A stretch of DNA of 32,000 nt from Trichlorobacter lovleyi SZ (GTDB lineage: Bacteria; Desulfobacterota; Desulfuromonadia; Geobacterales; Pseudopelobacteraceae), in the NCBI RefSeq assembly GCF_000020385.1, contig NC_010814.1, positions 3,180,001-3,212,000 of the forward strand. The letters run 5' to 3'. This document shows, piece after piece, positions 25,882 to 32,000 of the stretch. The position numbers and the translations under genes were made by a program. How positions within the stretch are numbered: position 1 is the stretch's first letter; each line of letters opens with the position of its first letter. The notes beneath the pieces are model-generated. The model was not told the origin of the DNA and did no database searches. It saw only the letters and a list, made by a program, of their open reading frames with translations.

Positions 25882-27384
25882 TCAAGGTACAAACAAGGCG
25901 GCATGGTTTGAGGTAAACTGCGGTGGGTCACGCCGGATGATCGCCGCGATTTCAGGGGGACGGCTGAACTCCTGGCGCAGGAAACGCCGCACCTCTCCCC
26001 TGCCCCAACCTTTGGGATGTTTAAAACCTGTGTAGAGCGATAAATCACCTTCGTAAAACAGCTCTGTCTCGTAGTCAGCCACCTCATCACCAAACAGCGG
26101 CATGTTAAAAACAGCCAGATTAAGGAAGGTAATCGCGGCATGGTGCTGCTGCACAAAGGCCAGGGTGCGCCGGGCGGCAGCTTCATCCTCAGCCGGGGTA
26201 CCGAACAGCAGATAGCCATAGACCGCAATCCCAGCTGCCCGCAGGTTCTCCAGAATCAGTCCGGCCATCTCCAGCTCAATCCCCTTGTGCAGACGGTCCA
26301 GCACCGCCTGATCACCGGACTCAATCCCCAGCTTCAGCATCACGCAGCCCGATTGTTTCAAGGCATAACAGAATTGCGGATCAGTCAACTGCCGTTCAAA
26401 CCTGACAAAGCCGTACCAAGGTGCTCCTGACGGCTGCTTGATCAGCCCCTGCAGCAGGGCCGGACTCAGGGCATTATCCAGCAGGTGCAGCACTGTTGGC
26501 TGATACTGTTGCACCAGCTGCTGCAGTTCAGCCAGCACCTGCGGAATCGGCAGCGGCAGGAAACGGCTTCCCTCGGCCCGCTCCGGGCAGAAGGAACAAC
26601 GGTTCCACCAACAACCGGAGGCGGTGCTGTAGGGCAGGATCAGGCCGGGGCTCAGGTACTGTTGCAACGGTAATTGCTGATAGTCAGGCAGGCTGTTGCA
26701 ATACGACGTATTATGTCCCATCAGAGCCAGCAGCGGCCCTTCCCCAGGCCCGGCAATCAGGTGATCGATCAGGTCGCCAAACGGGTTCTGCCAATCCGGC
26801 CGCGACAGCCAGGAGGTTACCAGCCCGCCGCCAACCACGATCCTGATCTGCGGATACTGCTGCCGGATCAGACCGATCAGGCTGAAGCTGCAGAGGGCCT
26901 GACTAAGAAAGTTGAGTGAGATACCGACGGTGGTCATGCCATCCAGCAGCTGTGGCAGGCGTTGTTGAAAGAAGGGAAAGAACGGGTTCAGCTCAGGCCT
27001 GGCAGCGACCTGCAGCAGATCCGTGCTGCGCACCGGCGTCAGATCGCTCTGGCGATAATCAGCCAGCCCGACCTCTGCCTGCAGCGGCTTGGCCGCCATC
27101 AGCAGCAGGTGGTTCAGATCATTGACCGCCGTGGCATAACGGCCGGGGTTGGCATAGGTCCGGCGGTCCCGCAGGGCTGCCAGGTGGTTCTGGCGGCTGC
27201 GCCAGGCCCGCCCGGTCCAGGTATCATCTGCCTCTGGCTGCTGCTCCAGCAACCAGAGTTGACCTTCCAGATTGGCATCCCACAGCCTGCAGGGGATGTT
27301 GTTGGCCTGCAGTGCACCCGCCAGCCGGGCGATCCCGGCCGGCGGTTCGCAGGCCTTGGCAATGGGGGGAAAGATCAGTAGCAC
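25882..27384 (-). CDS. B12-binding-domain radical SAM protein with CX4CX2C cluster spacing
   Basis: N-terminal Rossmann-like B12-type domain (LLIFPP...IVVGG). The cluster motif is SGCWWNRCSFCPE (26587..26613). Confidence 0.75.
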   Translation of the reverse strand: MLLIFPPIAKACEPPAGIARLAGALQANNIPCRLWDANLEGQLWLLEQQPEADDTWTGRAWRSRQNHLAALRDRRTYANPGRYATAVNDLNHLLLMAAKPLQAEVGLADYRQSDLTPVRSTDLLQVAARPELNPFFPFFQQRLPQLLDGMTTVGISLNFLSQALCSFSLIGLIRQQYPQIRIVVGGGLVTSWLSRPDWQNPFGDLIDHLIAGPGEGPLLALMGHNTSYCNSLPDYQQLPLQQYLSPGLILPYSTASGCWWNRCSFCPERAEGSRFLPLPIPQVLAELQQLVQQYQPTVLHLLDNALSPALLQGLIKQPSGAPWYGFVRFERQLTDPQFCYALKQSGCVMLKLGIESGDQAVLDRLHKGIELEMAGLILENLRAAGIAVYGYLLFGTPAEDEAAARRTLAFVQQHHAAITFLNLAVFNMPLFGDEVADYETELFYEGDLSLYTGFKHPKGWGRGEVRRFLRQEFSRPPEIAAIIRRDPPQFTSNHAALFVP

Positions 27385-27540
27385 GATGCGGACTTACGGT
27401 TGCGGTCTAAAATCACGGGGACGGCTCCAAAGTTACGGTTATATAACGGGGGAGAGCGCAGCGGCAGGCGCGGATTTGTCGCGACCGACCGTCTGCCGCG
27501 CTTGGTTGGCGGTTACAAAACTCCAAACCGAAAAGATTGC

Positions 27541-28047
27541 TTAGTCGTTTTCTGTCAAATAAAATTTATGATCACGATCTAGAAACACTACATAAAAGGT
27601 ATTTTTATCAAACGTTTCGCCAGTGGCCTGATGCGGAGTGCGGTGATAATCTGTGGGGACAGTAAATCCAACTAACCTGACTTTGGCACAAAGCCTAAAT
27701 CGGCCCCATTGTGCTTGATGTGGTATGTATTTAGGTTCTGTAAACGCTGATCTACCATCAGGGAAAGCCCCATAGGTTTCAAGAACCTTTAGTCCGCCAC
27801 CACCAACCCGCTGATTACGCCAATATTCGAGAGGTTTAGTGGTGTAGTCCTTTAGTTTACTAAGTAGGTCGTGAAGTTGAGCATGTGTCCAATCTTGAAA
27901 ATCTTGACCTGGTTCTTGGTTAGAATCAAAATAGGAAAAATTAAATTTGCTTCGAATTGTCAGATCATTGTCTTTATCATCAAGGCTGGGCTGTTCTGCT
28001 AGACGCCCCATAAACTTAGATTTTCTCGTATTATTATATTGTTTCAT
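27541..28047 (-). CDS. 168-aa protein of unknown family, partner of the AAA ATPase
   Basis: ATGA overlap with the ATPase stop and the same AT-rich composition. I recognise no nuclease, HNH or Toprim motif. The C-terminal pattern WGRFRL..VRLVGF...FYVVFLDRDHKFY is reminiscent of RelE/ParE-fold toxins. Confidence 0.7.
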   Translation of the reverse strand: MKQYNNTRKSKFMGRLAEQPSLDDKDNDLTIRSKFNFSYFDSNQEPGQDFQDWTHAQLHDLLSKLKDYTTKPLEYWRNQRVGGGGLKVLETYGAFPDGRSAFTEPKYIPHQAQWGRFRLCAKVRLVGFTVPTDYHRTPHQATGETFDKNTFYVVFLDRDHKFYLTEND

Positions 28048-29186
28048 AACCTCGGGACTCCACCAATTTTGCCCGATTTATATACAGGCAATAAAGAACG
28101 GTCATTTCTAAGAATATCCCCAGGAATTTCATCAAGCCTGTATCCATAACTTTCATTTTCTTCTTTATTTATAAGTATTGTACGATACTTACTCATTAAA
28201 TCGAGAATTTCTGAATTATGCGTTGTGAAGATAATTTGAGCACCATTAGTGTTGATGGAGTCGTCCATAAAGCATCTCAAAAGTTCTGGTAATATATGTG
28301 GATGCAAAAAAACATCAAATTCATCTAAAATAAGGATGCCTCCTGTCATTAGTACCAGTTTGTATTCAGCCAACTGCCTATACAGTGACTTAGTGCCACT
28401 CGATTGATTGTAATAAGTTAAATATTTTAACTCTCCAGAAACTTCAAATTCGAATATTGGGAAGTAAACATCCTCGTTTTTATCATTTTTGTGAGATGCT
28501 ATCTTGATACTTTTTATATCCTTATCAAATTTTGATATATAAGACTTTACAAAATCAAATATATCATCGTGATTGTGGTAATATTCAGATATTAAGTCTA
28601 CAGATTGCATACTATCACTATCACGCAGTCCTAAAAAATTAACGTTAGATAACATGTAATTGAAGAAAGAATATACTGGTGATATGACACTTATTTCGTA
28701 TTGATTAGCAGTACTAATAATAGAAGCATTAGATCTTAGTTTAACAATTTTAACATCATCAAATTCTTTAATACAAGACAACTTTTCACGATTTCTGTCG
28801 AGAACTTTTGTCATACGGTTTTGTTTACGATGAAGTTTTTCACTTACAACTTCATTTTTTGATGCCTTTAGTTCATACCGGTACTCAATTCCGCTAAAAA
28901 TGAAATCAACAAAAAATTCAGCTGGGTCATCATTATTAAAATATGTCTGTAGATTTATTTGGCTTTCAGGTTTGTATGAAAAGGAATTTTTACAAAAATC
29001 GGACAAAAAGGTTAGAATCTTAAGAGCATTCGTTTTCCCAGAACCATTTGCCCCCTTTACACACATAACATTTGATATTGGTTTCCCATTCGATATGTGT
29101 TCAGGACAGTTTTTGTCCAGCTCAAATGAAATTACAATCCACTCTTTGAATGAACAGAAATTTCTCGCCCCAAATTTAGTTAGCAT
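28044..29186 (-). CDS. ABC-type AAA ATPase (AAA_21/PF13304-like), defence-associated class
   Basis: Walker A GANGSGKTN, signature-like SSGTKSL, Walker B ILILDEFDVFLHP and H-loop FTTHNSE. Purine-rich RBS GAGAGGGGGG. Confidence 0.85.
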   Translation of the reverse strand: MLTKFGARNFCSFKEWIVISFELDKNCPEHISNGKPISNVMCVKGANGSGKTNALKILTFLSDFCKNSFSYKPESQINLQTYFNNDDPAEFFVDFIFSGIEYRYELKASKNEVVSEKLHRKQNRMTKVLDRNREKLSCIKEFDDVKIVKLRSNASIISTANQYEISVISPVYSFFNYMLSNVNFLGLRDSDSMQSVDLISEYYHNHDDIFDFVKSYISKFDKDIKSIKIASHKNDKNEDVYFPIFEFEVSGELKYLTYYNQSSGTKSLYRQLAEYKLVLMTGGILILDEFDVFLHPHILPELLRCFMDDSINTNGAQIIFTTHNSEILDLMSKYRTILINKEENESYGYRLDEIPGDILRNDRSLLPVYKSGKIGGVPRL

Positions 29187-29401
29187 AGTGCCCCCCTCTC
29201 AATAGAGCACACAATAACATAAGCACTTCTAAAAGCAAGCTGCAAACTGGTATTTAAGCGCATATTGCTCAAAAAACACAAATAAGGGTCTCGATAACAT
29301 ATGCCTTATTTGAAATATTGTTGATACTTCGTTCCCTTGATTTTTTTATTCGCCAACGGTCCCCCGGTGACCTGCCCGTTTTGGGGTCTGGTCCACCGGA
29401 T

Positions 29402-29430
29402 GGTTTATCCCCGCTTTGCGGGGATAAACC
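29402..29430. repeat. perfect palindrome GGTTTATCCCCGC-TTT-GCGGGGATAAACC
   Basis: 13-bp arms read directly. Each arm matches the end of the E. coli type I-E CRISPR repeat (GCGGGGATAAACC) as I recall it. Confidence 0.7.
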
Positions 29431-29437
29431 CGTAATT

Positions 29438-29471
29438 GCCCGGTTCACGCGCGCACGGGCGTGAACCGGGC
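29438..29471. repeat. perfect palindrome GCCCGGTTCACGC-GCGCACGG-GCGTGAACCGGGC
   Basis: 13-bp arms read directly, 7 nt from the previous palindrome. Confidence 0.7.
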
Positions 29472-29572
29472 AACACCCCACATGGAACAGTTATTCAGCC
29501 TGTTTTAGGCAAACCTGCTGTCACAGTACCCACTCCAGCAAAGAGGAGCAGAGCCAGAAGAATAATGCGTCA

Positions 29573-29609
29573 CCATGAAAATTCGAACGTGCAATCCGAA
29601 TTTTCATGG
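29573..29609 (-). terminator. hairpin terminator after the 622-aa radical SAM gene
   Basis: CCATGAAAATTCG / CGAATTTTCATGG forms a 13-bp perfect stem with an 11-nt loop, 19 nt past the stop at 29628. A moderately T-rich tail follows on the minus strand. Confidence 0.5.
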
Positions 29610-29627
29610 CAAATGCTCAAATTGACG

Positions 29628-31496
29628 TTACTCCCCCGTCACCATCCCCTCGGCCATGGCAAACTGCAGAAACTCCAGGGCGTCAGCAGCAGGAATCCGC
29701 AACTGCTTGGCAATAACACCGGCGGTCCGGTTGCCATCCAACTCTTCAAGCAGGCGGTAGTAGGGCCTGATCAGCGATTCAGTACAGACCTCGCCGTGGG
29801 CCGGGTAGATGGCGACCCAGGAGCCGGTCTGTTTCAGCTGTTTGCTGATCCAGGCCAGGTCAGGCTCGCCGGAGTCCAGAATATCCAGTATTTCATAGTG
29901 AAACGGCAGCAGGGTCAGGGATGATGCCCGCTCAAGCCGCATCTTCAGCAGGTCCAGCTTGAGCAGAGCCTCGTCATCCGGCGGGATCGGCGGCACCGCC
30001 ATCAACGCCACGCCGTAGGCATAGTGGTAATCCACACAATCCAGGGCAGCAGGCAGCAGTTTCTGGGCCTTACGCTCATCAAACAGACTGGTCAGGAATT
30101 GCCGTTGTAGTTGCCATATTTCAGCATCGTCCAGCTCAGCCTCATCCGGCATACGGCCCATCCGCTGCTGCAACCAGTCGGCAAACCGCTCCAGCAGCTC
30201 CACCGGCTTGAGTTTCAGCCCCCGCGCCACCCCGTTGAACCAGGCCACGGCCTTGCCGCGGGAGTAGAAGATGTCGCTGGCTGAGCCGAGCTGACGCGCC
30301 CTGGCCATATCCACCAGCGGGAATGTTGTTGACTCCAGCAGGGTGTAGGGGGGACCTGGCAGATGCCGCATGCCGATAGCGGCTGCCTTGTGGGCGACCT
30401 TGGTGCCGGGCAGCACCGCCAGCGGAAAGATATCCAGGTGGTTGGGGTAGAGCGACAGGGCAAAGTTGAGCCCTTCACGGAATTTGTCTAAACAATCGTC
30501 CGGCAGGCCGTAGATCAGGTCAAAGCCAAAGGTGGCGCCGGAGTCGTTCAGCAGCATCACCTTGGCAGTGAATTCGTCGCGGTTGAATGTTCTGCCCACC
30601 CCGCCGGCCACGGCCGGATCAGCGCTCTGCAGGCCGATCTGGACTGAGCAGGTCAGTTGCGCAAACAGCTGGGCCTGTTCCTTGTCCAGCAGTTCATGGC
30701 GCACCTCAAAGTGGAAGTGGACATCCGGCGCAGTCTCACGGATCAGGCGCAGCAGGTGCTTGGCCCGTTTTTTGTCGGTGTTGAAGGTGGAATCCAGGGC
30801 AAAGATCTGGGAGGCACCGCGTTCCACCAGATAGGCCAGTTCCTGTTCCATCCGATCCAGCGGATAGCGTCGCACCTTGCGATCTCCCATACCGTCATAG
30901 CAGAACTCGCAGGCGTAGGGACAGCCCCGGGAGAGCTGCCAGACCATGCCGTTTTCAATATGCCGGTCCAGCAGCCCGGCCAGATAGGGAGACGGCAGTA
31001 TGGCAAGGTCTTCGATCTGCGCACGGGGAATCACCTGCAGCTCATCATTCACCAGTTGGGCTGCGCCGGGCAGTCCCTGCAGTGGCGCTCCGGCCAGACA
31101 ACGTTCCAGCAGCTCGGCCGCGGTCAGCTCCCCCTCTCCCACCACCAGCAGGTCAAAGGGGGCCTCGGCCAGCAGGCGGGCCGGGTCAGCGGTTGCCTCA
31201 GGGCCGCCGGCAATCAACAACAGATCGGGAAACTGCTGGCGCAACATCGTAATCAGTTTACAGCACTCTTCACGGTTCCAGACATAGACCGGCAGGCCGA
31301 CGATATCAGGCTGTTGCTCTTTGATAGAGGCCACCAGTTGCTCTAAAGGAGTACCGCAGAAAAACTCGGCGGTGGTGACGGCAACCTTCCCCTGCAGGGC
31401 AGGCGACTGGTCCAGATAGGCCTTGAGAAAGGCAGCGGCAAGCGGCACGGCCTGGGCGGACGGCATGGCATGAAGGGTAACAAGGTGTAAGTTCAT
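29628..31496 (-). CDS. B12-binding-domain radical SAM protein with DUF4080-like C-terminal extension
   Basis: B12-type N-domain (LLIAGGPEAT) and canonical SRGCPYACEFCYDG (CX3CX2C). 622 aa. Confidence 0.8.
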   Translation of the reverse strand: MNLHLVTLHAMPSAQAVPLAAAFLKAYLDQSPALQGKVAVTTAEFFCGTPLEQLVASIKEQQPDIVGLPVYVWNREECCKLITMLRQQFPDLLLIAGGPEATADPARLLAEAPFDLLVVGEGELTAAELLERCLAGAPLQGLPGAAQLVNDELQVIPRAQIEDLAILPSPYLAGLLDRHIENGMVWQLSRGCPYACEFCYDGMGDRKVRRYPLDRMEQELAYLVERGASQIFALDSTFNTDKKRAKHLLRLIRETAPDVHFHFEVRHELLDKEQAQLFAQLTCSVQIGLQSADPAVAGGVGRTFNRDEFTAKVMLLNDSGATFGFDLIYGLPDDCLDKFREGLNFALSLYPNHLDIFPLAVLPGTKVAHKAAAIGMRHLPGPPYTLLESTTFPLVDMARARQLGSASDIFYSRGKAVAWFNGVARGLKLKPVELLERFADWLQQRMGRMPDEAELDDAEIWQLQRQFLTSLFDERKAQKLLPAALDCVDYHYAYGVALMAVPPIPPDDEALLKLDLLKMRLERASSLTLLPFHYEILDILDSGEPDLAWISKQLKQTGSWVAIYPAHGEVCTESLIRPYYRLLEELDGNRTAGVIAKQLRIPAADALEFLQFAMAEGMVTGE

Positions 31497-31638
31497 GGCG
31501 GCTACAGTACACCAATCGGGAGGAAAGCTCCAGCACTCCGGCAGGTTAAAGAGCTGCTGGACGGATGCTAATTCAATTGATGTTTCAAATATTTTTCTTT
31601 ATTGTTTCAAAATTGAGAAACTGCCAAGGATAAATTTG

Positions 31639-32000
31639 ATGCCCCTGCTTGACCATCCCATCATCGTGATCTCTGTCAGCGATGACACCCGCGCGGCACT
31701 GGCTGCAAGTCTGCACGCCTTTGACGTTGAGATTGTTACCTGCGCCACCTTTCTGGAGGCCGAAGATCTGGCCCTGAAAAGTCTGTACTGCGGAATTCTG
31801 GTGGATCTCCCCTCCATCGTCAAGGCCAAGGGAGAGGAAAAGATCGTCGCCTGTTCCCTGACCGGCTTTTTCCCGACCCTGCGGGTACGGGTGATGGGTA
31901 CCATGCTGATCCCGATGACCATGCCCGGCGCCGCAAAGCAGGAAAACAGCCTCAATGATTTCATCAACCGCGCCTGCTACAACTTTACCGCCCGTCAGCT
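31639..32000 (+). CDS. receiver-like N-terminal domain protein, 3'-partial (absent from the ORF track)
   Basis: AAGGA lies 8 nt before the ATG at 31639, and the frame is open to the window end (MPLLDHPIIVISVSDDTRAALAASLHAFDVEIVTCATFLEAEDLAL...). The listed minus-strand ORF 31599..31967 is its antisense shadow. Confidence 0.6.
   Translation, partial: MPLLDHPIIVISVSDDTRAALAASLHAFDVEIVTCATFLEAEDLALKSLYCGILVDLPSIVKAKGEEKIVACSLTGFFPTLRVRVMGTMLIPMTMPGAAKQENSLNDFINRACYNFTARQ

Noticed and set aside
27385-27540. Cobalamin riboswitch upstream of the B12-type radical SAM gene (minus strand)
   Set aside because: There is a weak resemblance (ACAAATCCGCGCCTGCC), but I found no B12 box or conserved GGGAA/GGTG core. 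The two TTACGGTT repeats are noted but uninterpretable.
29402-29471. Possible CRISPR array, because of type I-E repeat-like sequence
   Set aside because: Only one copy of each palindrome is present. There is no repeat-spacer periodicity and no cas genes in the window. It is kept only as a palindrome observation.
27385-29630. tRNA gene or direct-repeat att sites bounding the AT-rich cassette
   Set aside because: No T-loop or acceptor pattern was found. Only a 7-nt shared string (CGCCAAC) occurs between the two flanks, which is not meaningful.
31599-31967. 122-aa minus-strand ORF at the right edge
   Set aside because: It is the shadow of a better plus-strand gene starting at 31639, which has an RBS and a receiver-like sequence.

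Overview
High-GC chromosomal segment; gene content looks deltaproteobacterial (Geobacter/Desulfuromonas-like), which is inference only. From left to right the window holds: (1) A DUF4388-type gene, pilT, a proline-rich secreted protein and an outer-membrane barrel. (2) A split YeeE/YedE sulfur-transport pair whose first gene appears to read through an in-frame TGA as selenocysteine, followed by a PsiE-like gene. (3) A decaying block of multi-PAS sensor genes carrying an IS4-family insertion with a 9-bp target duplication, a half-GGDEF/CheR fusion and a frameshifted hybrid kinase. (4) An ovoB-like lyase next to a 5'-truncated ovoA. (5) A 6.5-kb tail-module prophage remnant (Dam methylase, tail proteins, tape-measure-like protein) abutting a 5'-truncated dus gene. 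(6) A minus-strand redox/radical-SAM cluster (polyferredoxin, Tat-DUF362, two B12-type radical SAM genes). This cluster is split by a strongly AT-rich 1.8-kb cassette encoding an ABC-type AAA ATPase translationally coupled to a 168-aa protein with no recognisable family. I consider that cassette the best candidate for an undescribed defence or toxin-type system. A ~92-nt structured element occurs twice (3072 and 6154). All calls come from reading the sequence and from remembered family motifs; no database search was run.
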